Shown piece by piece: positions 42,669 through 56,341 of a stretch of 64,000 bases of DNA. Origin of the DNA: Paramecium tetraurelia (Eukaryota); contig CT868676.1 of the NCBI GenBank assembly GCA_000165425.1, positions 4,981-68,980 of the forward strand, written 5' to 3'. Below the pieces are notes generated by a model. The model saw nothing but the letters and a program-made list of their open reading frames with translations. It did no database searches and was not told where the DNA came from. Made by a program: the position numbers and the translations under genes. Each line of letters begins with the position of its first letter. Within the stretch, counting starts at the first letter, position 1.

Positions 42669-43935
42669 ATGCCGTGCAAATTGTTAATTTTATTGGCTAT
42701 TCTAAGTGTCTCTCTGTAATTTGATGAGGACGTCGATGTACATGAAGAGATAGAGAAGGTTATTATTATGATAAATGTTGTAGTTGAAATAAAGTCAATT
42801 CGGATAAACAATCTTGGACACAGTCTAGATTTAATTATCTGGGCCTGAACCATTACAGAATTTGATAAATATGCTATAGAATCTGAACACTCAATTGGAA
42901 GGAGAACAAGACAGAGATGACAGATTACACGAGAGATATTAATCATTATGTGAAAACGTATAATCTTGCAATTCATTTCTTTAAAGGATTTGAGCACCTT
43001 GGAAGATATCATTAATGAATCAACAAGTACATCAAAATTGCTTAAGGGATAGATTGACTAATTGGAACCAGATAAACAAGCAAAATTGACAGACTTAGCA
43101 AGAACAGAAAATGAATTAAAAGAACTCAAAAACGAATTAGAATATTAAACTGAGAAAAGAAAAGAGGAACAAGTTAGATATGAAAAAACCTTAGATAATT
43201 TAGAACAAGGCTTGTATGCTTTAAATGAAGCCAAGAAAATGTTTAACACATTTCTTAATGTTCTTATTAAAAACTAATAAAGATTTGCCAGTCTCATTTA
43301 AGTAGAAAATCAAGATAAGTTCTTAAATAAGAATTATTCCCTTAATGATGAAGATGACATAACTTTGGTTGAAATCGCTCAATAGATTAATAAAATCAAA
43401 CATAATGTAAAAGCAGAAGGAATCAACTTTCTTTTGCATGGAATCTCTCATATTGTGAATCTATTATCCAAAGACCCAACAGCAGAATAAGAATCAATGA
43501 GCAGAAAAGTCTTGGAAATCATTTCACAAGTGGACAATTGGATTCAAAAGCAAAGAATTTATGAAGATTTATGCGAACAACAACGTAAAGATGCTTTCGG
43601 AGCTTTGGCCTAAATGTTGGAAGATCAAATTATATTGAAATAAGAGAATTTAACCTTCCTTTAAGGTATTTGTTTATGGAAATAATTGTTTAGGATCAAT
43701 TGAGTCTCTGAATTCTTAAATTACAAGTGCTAAAAATGAAAAGGCAGAAGTAGACGTGAAAATAGAAACTAAAACATCTTAAAATGATGATCGAGATACT
43801 GAGTGCAGAAATGAAGACTTGGATTATTAAAGTGGCAAGAATAAGAGGGACAAAGAAAGAGAAGAATTAGGACTTGTATTGGATTTGGTAATCAATAAAA
43901 TTGGATAACTCAAGAAGGAAATATTATAAAAATGA
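42669..43935 (+). CDS. Trichocyst matrix protein-type secretory precursor
   Basis: Signal peptide MPCKLLILLAILSVSL, then LKQSQFGQTILDTVQIQL..PLQNLINMLQNLNTQLEGEQDRDD and a two-block heptad layout with a SLIQ linker. Confidence 0.8.
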
Positions 43936-43991
43936 AAAGGATTATTAGTATATCATTCATACACTATTTTATTTAATTCTTTTAATAATAT

Positions 43992-45284
43992 ATGTCATAT
44001 TCTCAAAGAAACATTCAAAATTTACCATTTTATTCTCCAGCCAAATTTGAAAATGACCAAAAGGATTTAATGATCTCTTAATTGAAGGCTGAGAACTTTG
44101 AATTGAGATAGAATGCACGAGACTATTAAGAATTGGCTTCTCATTTGAAATCATTAGAGAATAGGTGAATTAGCTGTTAAAATTAGATATAATACATTAC
44201 ATGATGAGAAGATGAGAAATGAAGTAGACTATCGAAATAAGAGTGATCAAACTTTAAAAACTATTGCTAACCTTAGAAATGAGATAGATAATTTGAAGTC
44301 TTAGTTAACAGAAAAACATATTGAAAGTTAAGAGATGAGAGCTGAAAATCTGGCATTCAAAGAAATCACAGATCATAGATCCTAAGAGAATTAGAGAGTC
44401 AAAAATGACTTAGCCCAAATCCAAGAGGCAAACAGAAAATTATACGAAGATAAACTTAGATTGGAAACAGAATTATAAGCAGCTAAAGATGAAAGAAAAA
44501 GGTAAGAGATGATTCATATAAAATAAGATTATTGCATGACAGAGAGATTCTTAATAATACTTATGAAGATGTATTAGATAAATTGAATGAAAAAGAGAAA
44601 TCATTTTCTTAATTGCAAAGTGATTTTGATAATCTTGAAAAGTAAAACCTAATTTATAGAGCAGATGTTGAAAATGTAATTTTATTAATTGACCATCTAG
44701 ATTAATAATGAATTAAAAACAAAGAATGAAAATTTGAAATATACTCGAATGCAATATCAAGAAGCTTAGAATTATATATCATAACTATAAAATGATCTTG
44801 AAGAACTTCATAAATAAAAAGAGAAATTCAAGTAGGAAAGCCTATTATATTAAAAAAATTATTAATCAGAAGCGGACACATGCATGGAATTGAATGCATA
44901 AGTTATTTAGTTAGATCAGACTGTTAAACATTAGGAAAAGACTATTATAGACTAGAGGAATGAGATGGAGCGATTAAAATCATTACACATGGAATGTTTA
45001 GAAACTACAGAGGAATTGAGTCATGAATTAGAGCAAGTAAAGCGGATGAATGATCAATTAGAACATTAACATCGAGAAGTATTTTTCTGATCTTATTGTA
45101 GGTTATGGAAGAACTTGACAAAATGTCATTAGCAGAAGAATAAGCCGCTATGGCTAGAGCTAGTAAATACAAAGAATTGAAAACCAAATTAATAATGGGA
45201 ACTAAGCATCTAACGTAGTTCCAATCTCCATTTAAAAGATTTTCTACTAACAAAAAGCCTTAAATGAAACAATATGAATTTTGA
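43992..45284 (+). CDS. Coiled-coil protein
   Basis: KDLMISQLKAENFELRQNARDYQELASHLKSLENRY followed by continuous heptads. Four small introns. Confidence 0.75.
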
Positions 45285-45333
45285 AAAGTTGTATATTACT
45301 ATTAATATTTTAATTATATTTCCATATTTTCAG

Positions 45334-46055
45334 CATGATTGAAATCAGACTCCATTGTCAGAAAACAATTTGGCAACAGAAACAAGTAAGGAGCAAAGAC
45401 TTAGTTTATTTAATTAGTCTATTTCACTTATATATGAATCAAAGCATATATGTATGAATTATCCTAATATAAAGACTATAAAGTATATTTATTATTGAGA
45501 AATTATGCTCCAAAAATGAGGACTGATAAGAAATACGAATTGATTGAGGTGCAGAATTAAAAGTAGTAAATTAAAAATCTGATTCTAGAAAGTTAATGTT
45601 CTTAATTTTGGATTACATCATGTGACGACTTTTGTTTAAACAAATAAGTCAAAATAAGTCCTAATTGTTTATGATGTTGATCCAATCAAATTAGCTGTTT
45701 GATTGTCTCGGTTATGTAAAAGACAGAAAGTTCCATTAGAATTCATTAAAAGTAACATTCTTTGAAATCACTTCAATTAGATAAGCAAATATTAGGAGGA
45801 TTTATTCATTCAAAGACAGCCATTTTTATAGCCTTGATTAAAGACAGAAAAGAGGATCAAGTTTAATTCGATAATGTAGAAAAGAATTCAATTTAAATTA
45901 TTTTAAAAGGCTCGAGATTTAAGATAACATCATAATGAGAACCATGAGTTATTAAGAACTATTGGAGGAGGTTAAGTTGAAATAAATCGAAGCATTACTA
46001 AGAGGCTTTGAAGAAAGCTTTGGAATTGGAAGAACTGAAAAAAATAAGCTAATGA
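45334..46055 (+). pseudogene. Probable decayed gene
   Basis: Protein-like stretches (KYQEDLFIQRQPFLQP*LKTEKRIKF..) carry multiple in-frame TGAs, with one intron remnant and no clean start. Boundaries approximate. Confidence 0.35.
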
Positions 46056-46101
46056 TGTAACATTATAAATAAGAAAAATTAACATGTATATATAAGGGGG
46101 A

Positions 46102-46371
46102 TCATTTTTATTTCTGATGTTCTTGTTCTAAGAAATCAAAATGATCTTCTGCGAAATCATCATATCTGCTTTCTTGGAAAAAATCAACTGGTATTCTCAA
46201 TAATTCGTTTTTGAGGCAATCTTAAATATAGGTGTTCTTCATGAACATTTAATCATAGTATTTGAAAAATTATTCTTCATTCCTTTTCAAAGGATTAATA
46301 GTTTTCAAATCTCCTCCAATTACTAGGTTTTTAAAATTCAAAGCAACATTTTTAGCAACGTATTTTTACAT
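46102..46371 (-). CDS. Small intronless hypothetical protein (89 aa)
   Basis: MQKYVAKNVALNFKNLVIGGDLKTINPLKRNEEQFFKYYDQMFMKNTYIQDCLKNELLRIPVDFFQESRYDDFAEDHFDFLEQEHQKQK-TGA, a clean 270-nt code-6 frame. Confidence 0.55.
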
Positions 46372-46626
46372 TATTTGTTTATTAAAAATATTATTACAGA
46401 TAAATAAATATTATTGTAATATATATATAGATGAATTCTATGTGAAATCAGAAAGTAATACAAATTATATGGATATCTCATTATGATTAATTAATAAATA
46501 AATAATATGTCATATTTATTTAATCAATTAATAAATAATAATACATATATACATGTTATAATTAGAATATTTATTAATCATATAAAAATATTATAATAGT
46601 AAATGTTATCTAATAAGTAAGAACTT

Positions 46627-49037
46627 TCAAATTTAATTCAAAAACTTATGCAAATCAAATTTAAGCAATGACCCTTCTAACCAAATCTCATTAATATGTG
46701 AAAAATCTTTTTTAAGCTTATTTATCTTTTGCACAATATTGTTATTAACTTTTACTTCCTCATTTTATTTTACATTTTTCCATTGGCAATATTTAGATTA
46801 CAGCAAAACGAACTTTGAATAACCACCAAAATCGAGCATGTTTGTCCCATATCTGTGATTTCCAATTGAACACTCATACTTTTCATAGATCTCTTTTAAA
46901 GTTTTGAATCTTTCTCTCTACAACTTGCTAAAAAGGATTATTTTTCTTTAAATATTGATTTCTTGTTATCTTACTAATATGTAATTAGAAAGCCGTAGTT
47001 TCTGGTTGAAGGTTAACATTGAGAAATTGGATTATCGATTTTAATTTTTGAAAAGTGAATTTCGTTTTGATAGAAGTTTCAATGGAATAACCTTGGTGAT
47101 TGTCGAGTATTCATTTAAATCTTTCCAGTCTTCTGGAGGTGTGATGTCTATTAATCTTATATAATCGATCACCCTATATACACAAAATTAGAATCTCTAA
47201 TATACTATTTATTTGTTAAGTTTAGCCTATCCTATGATTCGTTATAAAAAGTTATAATGATAAGATTAATTATTCTATAGTTGATTCTCATCGATTTTTC
47301 TATTGTTGAATTTGGGTGAGCTGTCGTTGAAGATGATTAAATTTTTTCGTTTCAATCTTTGCAATTCAACTTTTTATCTAAATTAATTATTTTTATACTT
47401 TTTTCGAGTTTAAGCTATGAAAGTATCAACTGCTTTCTTCGGGCATACAATTATGAGACTTCAAAATTGATGGGTTTACTCTTTTTAAAGCAATTGATAA
47501 AGGCCTTAAATTAAACTATTAAGATGAAAGATCTCTATTGAGCTATAGCATAAGTAAATCGAGGCTGCTCATTTAAGGCTTCAAATTCTCCAAATATAGT
47601 GCCTTATAATATGGTTAATAAATTGAATCTGTTTTTTGAAAGGATTCTGACATCCCCTTTGATCAAATAATAGATTTCATCAGAGATTTAGCCTTTCCTA
47701 TAGATCATTTCGTTTTTCTCGTACGTGATAAATCTGCATGATTTCAAAAGACTTTGGGTATTATTAACATCTTAAAGAAAGAATTGGATCTTGATGCACA
47801 AATCCAATCTTACACTTAAAGTGAAATAGGTTTGAAGGGGTTTATGAAATTCATTAAGCATATAAAGAATGTCCTATTCCCAAAATTGATTGTGCTGTGC
47901 ATTTGTTTTAAGGTACTTTTAGACTGAATCTTTAAGGTCATCTGGCATTTTAGTTTAGAAGGCTAGACGATCAAATAGGAAATATTGGTTGTCATCATTG
48001 GATAGATTAGATTGCATCAATAATTTGGCAAAGTCACCAACTTTGACTGAATAATATCCGATTGATATTATAATCCAAATAGCCGACATTGAGTAGTTCT
48101 AAGGTATGTCACCGTAACCCACAGTAAACAAGGTTTACGAAGACCAATAGACTCCAGTAATGTAATTATAATGGGTGTCGTTAAATAGAAAGATGCATCC
48201 AAATATGTGTATGAGAAGCAAAGCATTCAGAATGATGTTGGATAGGAATATCCATCCTTCTGAGAGGTAATAGTTAGTATCCCAAGAGAAGGAATCGATA
48301 ATATTGGATGTGTAGAAAATTTACCCCTTATAGTTTTTCTAGGGTTTGTTGATGAAGTATTTGATCAATCGAAGGAGTTTAAACAATTAAAGTTCTGATT
48401 GTTGAATGAACAACTAATATTAAGGTACTGATATAAGATCGAAGATCATCCAGGTTTTGAGATAATTGAGCAGAATTAATTTGAATTCTTTAACCAAATT
48501 ATAATTTTCATCAATGTATGCAGTTGTGAAATTCATCAATATGTCTATAGCAAAGATAACATCGATTCCCATTAAAACTTAATCTACATTAATTAGATTA
48601 GCCAAATGCAGAGGAAATACTATTGCATAAAAGAATAGCAGTAATTAAATGAATGAATTCCATTTGATAATAAAATACTGATCTGGATAAAAGGGTAGGA
48701 TGTTTTATTTCTTTGATTTGAAATATTCTATACGTTATCTGAGTTGCTCCTTTGAATATTAAGAGAGGGATTAAAAGAAACTCATAATTATGATCAATTT
48801 TTTTGTGGTTTGTTTAAATTTGGATTTATAGTCAACGAGTGGTTTAATCTTGGAAATACTGGTATTATGGGAGTAGTAGGATTGACTTCTCTTATTAATA
48901 AGATCTTATTTTTTTAAGGCAAATGGACTTAATGAGAATTGTTTATTGGGTATTTTTTTTCTAGAGAGCTGAATATTTTAAGAGTATTCAGCTGAATCAG
49001 ATGTGGAGGACATCAAATCTCTATTTGTAGTAATCAT
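46627..49037 (-). CDS. Cyclic-nucleotide-binding-domain K+ channel (EAG/KCNH/CNG-like)
   Basis: S1-S6 segments, pore YWSSQTLFTVGYGD and CNBD IYRKGQISDEIYYLIKGDV..GTIFGEFEALNEQPR. Confidence 0.92.
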
Positions 49038-49070
49038 ATAATATATAAAATAAATTAATTAGAAACAATT

Positions 49071-49802
49071 TCATTTATAATTATTCTTCCATTTGAGCAT
49101 ACCTTCATAAACAATCTCTTTTTGAGGTGCTTTCTTGCCATGCAATTTGGAATAAGTCTTCAATTCTTTAGCCTATTAAATACACTAGAAATGGAATTAA
49201 TTAATTACCTTAATTTCTAAATTAGAGATTTCAGTAGCTTTGAGAGGAGACTTGGGCTTATTAGTAGTTGTGTATTCATTAGTTGTGCAATCCTTGGCAT
49301 TCCTAACACTATCATGTGCAGTCCAATCCAACTAAGGAGAAGTTGATCTAACTCTTTGATTGACTTTAGTGTCACCACAATGTCTGTCAAATAAATCAGA
49401 GAAGTTCTGATTTTGATGCTTCACCTGATTATTTGGATCCTCAACAACCTTAGTTCTACTCTCACAAACCTATTTCACCTTCTAGTAACTGTAGCCAGGT
49501 AAAACATTGGAAGTATTCTAATATAGCATTCTTTATCTATGATCTAGATTTGGAGATTTTGGTTTGTCTTCTATACATTTAGGAGGTGATATTGGAAGTC
49601 TTGTTGGCTCATAAAATATATTTGATCGCTTGTCTTGTATTGATTTCTCGTGTGCACTTAATTGAATTAATTTCTAATCTCTGTTGATGTATTAATTTGG
49701 CATTATTTTTGGTCTCATTGGTGGACTGTATCGATGATACGTGTATTGAGAGTCCTCGCTTATTGGGAATAATGCATTTCGATCGTGATCTCGTTATTTC
49801 AT
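49071..49802 (-). CDS. Hypothetical protein
   Basis: ATG 49802, open frame MKQRDHDRNALFPISEDSQY..., one intron near the 3' end, TGA at 49071. Confidence 0.7.
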
Positions 49803-49836
49803 TAAATTTAAATATAATATATATAATATACAGAAA

Positions 49837-50292
49837 ATGGAAGTATAAAATATTTAATACGAATAATGTGAATTTTGTAATAGAAAGTTTTTCGAAGGAA
49901 AATTGAAAATGCATTTAAAATTATGCAGCAAAGAGAAACCAATGATCTTTGTTTAAAAAGGAAAAGAAGAACTAAAGAAGAAAAGATCGAAATCTATGGC
50001 AAAACCAAAATCTCAAGGGCCAAAAAAAACTAATAGAGAAAACAGTTCGTTGGATAGAAGTTATATAACAACAGCAGAATGTCACATCTGTGGTAGAAAA
50101 TTCAATCCTCGAAATCTAGAAAGTCATTTAGAACTTTGTTAAAAAAATTAAAAAGAGTTGATGTATAAAAAAATGCTCATTGAAAAATAACTTAAACAAA
50201 AGAAAATCACTACATACCATTGTAAACAATGTAGCTATGAAATGGAACAGGATCATAATTTCTGTGGAAGATGCGGTTTTAAAAGAAAATGA
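49837..50292 (+). CDS. C2HC zinc-finger protein (ZC2HC1-like) with a C-terminal zinc ribbon
   Basis: CEFCNRKF..KLKMHLKLC, CHICGRKF..NLESHLELC and CKQC..NFCGRCG. Intronless, 151 aa. Confidence 0.88.
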
Positions 50293-50861
50293 TGAACAAT
50301 TTATAAAAATGAATTTAATTATCTTACTCTATAAGTTTGTGTATTATTTACTACCTTATCAGTGTTACAAATATATTGATTATTGTAACCATCATTTGAT
50401 ACTTCATTACATTTTTAATAAAAGATAAAACTATAATGATTAACTATGAATTATAACTTAGCATCAAATATTTGGTTTGGGCAACATTCAAAATACAATG
50501 ATAGTATAGATAGAAATACAATATATGAAAATGTTGAGTTTTTACTAAATGCAAATTTAATGATTAATTCATATTTCACTAAGAATAATTAACAGTTCTT
50601 AATTTAGTCTTCATTTGACTAAGGATGAATGTTTCATCCAGTTTCTATTGCTTTCTTATTGAAATCTTTCTTATCTCAATCTTGAATAAATCCTCAATAA
50701 AAGTCTTAGTTGTAAATAGTCAGTTTAATAGTTGTATTTCTAGAGGGAAAGGTGAGCAGCATTTGTTGTTGTGATTAGTATTGGGGAAGAGATAGGGAAT
50801 TTGAGTAATGATGAGGAAATAAGAATGGAGGTTCAAAATTTATTATATAAATAAATATATA

Positions 50862-52973
50862 ATGAAATAAAGGCCAACAACTGCGAAAGTTCCAAAAACC
50901 ATAGATTAAAGGGAAATTCAATAGCTTCATGATCTAGATAGTACTTAAGTAGTTAGAATCTAGGTCGTTAATATCAGCTAATCGGCAGCAATCTTTCCTA
51001 ATTTACAATTTTGAATGAATTGGGGAAAGGTTCCTATGGAGTGGTTTATAAGGTGAAATCTAGTTAGGATGGGAATATTTATGTGCTTAAGAAGATCAAT
51101 CTAACTCATCTGAAACCAAAGCATCAAGGTATGTGTGTTTCATATTAAAAGCTGAGGCACTCAAAGAGGCATAACTTTTGAGGAAACTGAAACACCCAAA
51201 TATCATCACATATTATATGAGTTTCATTGAACAAGACAATCTCTGCATCATTATGGAATATGCAGAAGGAGGAGATCTTTAGAAAGTAGCCATCCCTCAC
51301 TTATTTAGTTACTCAAAGATTATAAGGAGAGAAGGAAATTTATGTAAGAAGAAACCATTTGGGAGATGAGTAGGGAACTCAGTTCAGCATTGTAGCATCT
51401 GCATGAAAACAACATCATTCACAGAGATATTAAAACACTCAACGTGTTTCTTACGAAGGATAAACGTGTGAAATTGGGGGATCTAGGAGTATCCAAAATA
51501 TTCAATTCAGACACAGCCCTCTAAGGCACTCGAGTTGGCACTCCCTTATATTTGTCCCCAGAACTTGTTTAGCATTAGCCCTATGATTACAAGGTTGATA
51601 TTTGGGCTTTGGGTTGCGTTGTATTTTACATGGCTGCTTTGGAACCTCCCTTTTAGGGTGAGAATTTGATTGCCTTAGGATATAGTATAGTTAACAGAGC
51701 TCCTAAAGCATTGCCGCCTCAATATTCTACAAGTACGAATTTTATAAGTAAATTATCAAAGGATTAAGTCAGTTCATTTGGAAGTTGCTTGAGAAGATCC
51801 CAGCCTTGAGACCCAGTATTTAAGAAGTCAACACAATTTATTTCCAATAAAGGAGTCAGCCATAGAGAATTTCATAGTAGATTTTATTAATTACATAGAC
51901 AACTTGATGATGCATTGCCTTAGATGTAATATCAATAGCACTAATAATAAAGGCCATAAACCTCAAATCCCAAATCGTATGCAATGTAGGCATAAGAGAC
52001 TGAGAAGATGAAGAAAACTAGGAAACCACAACAGCAAGATTTAATTAGTAATGGGTCGGATACAATCTACATGGGAGATGTTATTGACATGACCTAAAAG
52101 CAAGTAGAAAATGAGCAAATATCGAGAGCCTAATAATATTAGTAGTTGTTGAAAGATCAATAGGAGAAGTTAGAGAAGGAGCGACTTGAAAGGGAGAGGA
52201 TAGACAGAGAGAGACAAGAGAGAATGGATAGAGAGAGATAGGAGAGGCTGGAGAAGGAGAAATAAGAAAGATTGGAAAGACAAGAGAGACTAGAAAGAGA
52301 GAAAATCTAGAGATTAGAGAAGGAAAGGTAATTAAAAGAATAACAGGAATAAGATAGACTTAAGTAATTAGAATAATAAGAATATAAAAATACTTAATAA
52401 TAGTAATAATAATAGATCTTAAAGATTCAATCTAACAATGTTGAACTCTACATTCAAGATATCGATGACAAATAATTTTAAGAGGAAAGGAAGAACTCTT
52501 TTTCACTAGAATAAGGACCAAAATTTAAACTTGAAATGAAACACTCTAAACCATAGAATACTTATAAACAGAATGTGCAAATCAGACCTTTATCAGCCTA
52601 AGCAAGAGGATCTTCATTTGCAAATATCTCTTGCAGGGCTAAATTGATTCCAGTGTAATAAAATTAATCAGTCAAGGAAGTTAAAAAGTTCACTATCCTA
52701 GATTTGAACCCAACTTCAAACTAGCCATCTGTGCATTAAGAGGTACCTCTACCACAGGAACCTTACATTAAATACCCAAATAGTAATGGTGGTTAAAATG
52801 CTGTAATTAACAACGTTAACAACATTCTAAATTCCCAACCGAATAAAACCAAAGAAAATATTCGTATCAAAAGTGCTCTTATAATATAATACTCAAATAA
52901 AAGATAATAACAAGATCAATCATCAAATTAAATTGTTAAGCATTACACATTAAAGGATTTAGTAGAGTCATGA
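50862..52973 (+). CDS. NIMA-related (NEK) Ser/Thr kinase
   Basis: [53 protein letters not shown] and [13 protein letters not shown], with an E/R-rich tail. Confidence 0.95.
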
Positions 52974-53692
52974 TATTAATTATTTATTTTTGGAAATATG
53001 ATCATAAATTTTTAATGATATTTGTTTAATTCTATCCAGAATTTCTTAAATAGTATTTAATTAATTCAATTATTTAATATAAAATTATTGAATAAGCCCA
53101 TTCTATCACAATTATTATTCATCAAATAATTTGAGAACAAACTACGTATCCTTAACTCTATGATTATTTCTCAATAAACTTGAAATATACACAGACAGAC
53201 AGACATATTTTCTGATCAATTTTAGATAAATATACCTTTTCTTATATTTTTGATAAATATCTTCAAATACTTAAATTAATTTATTCCTAACTATAAAAAT
53301 AATCTTACAAATTATTAGCTTTTACAGTATTTTAAAACATCAAGTATTCATAATACTTACTCAATGAGTGTAGTTATTAAAAAACATGAGTATTTTGATT
53401 GTTTTAATAAATAAAATACTACTAATGCTTCTGAGATATAAGTATTTAAAGTCACATTATCTTTTTACTTAAATTAATTATGAAATTGCACATATACATA
53501 TTCCAAATAATTCCCAATATTCTCTTTACATTTAATTCTAGATCTATTTAGAATATAAAGCTTTTAGCTCAGAATAAATTAACTCTATAATTAACTAAGA
53601 TAAGCTGTCATCATCATTTTAAATTAAATGCTTTTCAAACTATATGTTTATTAATTTCATTGAATATTCTATTTTATATAACATAATAAAAA

Positions 53693-54236
53693 TCAAACGA
53701 ATAGTTTTTTCATTGCTTAAGCCATCACTTTATCTTATTTACTCTCTTTGATTTGAATCTATTTCAATTAAGAACTGATATCTATTTGATGATCCTACTT
53801 TTGAACATCCAACAATTATTATCTAGCCTCTTCTAGATTATTCAATTCAATATTGCATATAGCTAATCGGAACAAAACCTTAATATTCTTGCTAATTTGT
53901 AAACTATTCAGAGCTGCTTCTCTTCCTTTATCGAATTTCTATTAATTAATATAGACTTAGGCCATATTTCCATATGTCTGGGATTTTAATTGTAGGATTA
54001 CATTAGTCTCTTCCTAAGATGTCAATTAATTCTAAATTCGAATTATTTTACAATACCTTAGAATATTATGCCAATTCATCATCTTTGCTTATCAATCCAT
54101 TGACGTATAAAAATACTTTGTGATAACAAGTCAAAGCTTTTTTCCAATCCTGATTTTTGAAGTGTACATTTCCTTCTTCTTTATACTTTTAGGCTGTCAA
54201 TATTTTCTCTTAAATTGAGTTATCTGAGTTTTGCAT
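53693..54236 (-). CDS. TPR protein, TTC9-like
   Basis: AQKYKEEGNVHFKNQDWKKALTCYHKVFLYVNGL..YGNMAQVY..KVLFRLA..AMKKLFV. One 25-nt intron. Confidence 0.85.
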
Positions 54237-54704
54237 TATTTAATATAATAATAATAATATCAATATTTAAATAATACTTTATTTTCTTTAATTATTTTTA
54301 CAGATTTGACAAAATTAGTTTATAGAATTGATTTCTATGCTAATTGTAGGGGATATAATGTGTTTATTATTAATGATAAGAACTTGATCCCTTTGAAGAG
54401 ATGATAGATTGTAAAACAAATGTTGTGGCTTATAAAAATATTAATGTAGAATAGGAACAAGTACATGGTTCCTATTAAGCGATTATTAAAGTAGTAACAT
54501 AATTTAAGTCAAGAATAACGAGAATTAATTATTGTAAATAATTGAAATTTATAAAAATAAATATTGAATTTATAATAAATTTAATTAAAAGTGCATCATT
54601 TTATAATGACACACTTTAAATTTACATTATGATATTGGAGTTTATAGGGTTTTATAATAATTAGCAATAAGATATAATTAATTCAAAAAAATATTATAAA
54701 AATA

Positions 54705-56341
54705 ATGGAAGAAAGAAACCCCTAATCAATTGGTTATTCTAATGGAATAGCGTTAGCAACTGTGCATGGAGGGAACGAACAAAATAAATTACTTCATAAA
54801 ATAAGTGAATCAAGTAGTCCCATGAAGACTGATTTTTAAATAACTTAGAGCAAAGAAATCTACACGGATGAAGAAATGAAAAACTTCACCAAGAGAGGAA
54901 TAATCTCACTGGTGGGAGGAGTAATTTTACATTTAGAATTGGGAACTTTCTATGTTTGGGGCTCAATAAGTAATTAATTAATAATAATTTTGATTAGGTC
55001 CTTATGTCGCTGCTTGGATGAGAGAAAAGGACAAAGAAGTGACTCTAAACTTTATGGCAATCATCTTCCCAATCCTAGGAGTAATAACCATGTCAGTTCT
55101 ATCCTTCGGTATAAAAATAGCTGAAAAAATCGGATTAAAAGTTACAATAGGAATAGGTTCATTCACTATTGCTCTTGCTTTTTTGATAATCTCTTTTATC
55201 TAAGAAATAGGAGGGTTTATAGCAGTCTATTGTATAATGGTTGGAATATCTGGGGGATTACTATATATGCTACCAATTATTTGTGGATGGAGATACTTTC
55301 CTAATAGAAGAGGATTAGTATCAGGGATGACAATAGGTGGATATGGATTTGGATCATTTATCTTCAATTTCGTATGCAAAGCAATAGCAAATCCAAATAA
55401 TCTAAAGCCTACAGTGGTGGAGGTGGAAGATGGAAAAGATGTGAAATACTTTGACAATGAAGTAGGAGACAAAGTGCCATTGATGTTGCAAGTCCTTGCT
55501 GCAAGTTATCTTGGATTGGGAATTATAGCTACGATTATGATCAGGTATCCATCTGAAATAGATCCTGATAAAATGTTGGCTACATTGGAAACTGAAGAAT
55601 TAAAGAAGAGAAAAGAAGGAGCTGATGCACCTCCACCTCCAGTATTACCAGCTCATAAGGAATGTGTTGAGATGTAAGTTATCCTATTTATTCTATAGTG
55701 GTCGAGGTATGAGACATCCAACTTTTATAATTCTCTAATTGATTGTGTTGATGTCATGTACATTTGGTATGTTGATATCTAATTGCTACAAATACTATGG
55801 ATTAGAATTGGGAATAGATGATGCCACATTAACAGCCACTGGTTCTGTTGCAGGAGTTATGAATGGATCATCTAGATTCTTTTGGGCCACTCTAACAGAT
55901 AAGACTTCATATAAATTCACATTTACTCTAATTTCAATCCTCAATCTGGTTACTACATCCATTCTCCCATATAATAAGGATGGTATTGGCTATCTTTTAT
56001 TGATTGCTGTTGTCTACCTTGCTGAAGGAGGATTGTTGGCTACCTATCCTGTTATTTGCGCTAAGATATATGGTAAGAAGATAGGAGGGTTGATGTACGG
56101 GTTCATGTTTTTCTTTGTTGGAGTCTCGAATATGATTGGATATCTACTTTATGCTTTTGCTAGGAAGAAGATTAAATGGGAGGGAGTGTTTTGGATTTGC
56201 TTCGCATTGAATGTTATTGGAATCATTTTGGGGTTGATTCTTAAGGAAACGGGATATGATTGGAGAGATTAGGCAGTGATCGATGCGGAGAAGGAGAGAG
56301 AATTAGAAAATAAGGGATAATTAGCTGCAAATCAAAATTGA
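54705..56341 (+). CDS. MFS transporter, oxalate/formate antiporter (OFA)-like
   Basis: LGTFYVWGSISPY, WRYFPNRRGLVSGMTIGGYGFG, NGSSRFFWATLTDK and KIYGKKIGGLMYG. Two introns. Confidence 0.92.

Noticed and set aside
46480..46560. Imperfect AT-rich direct repeat (attaataaata..atat) as an IES or transposon end
   Set aside because: Low complexity is expected at this AT content, and there is no terminal inverted repeat pair or transposase.
50560..50820. Short coding-like minus-strand fragment upstream of the NEK gene
   Set aside because: No coherent start-to-stop model and no recognisable motif.
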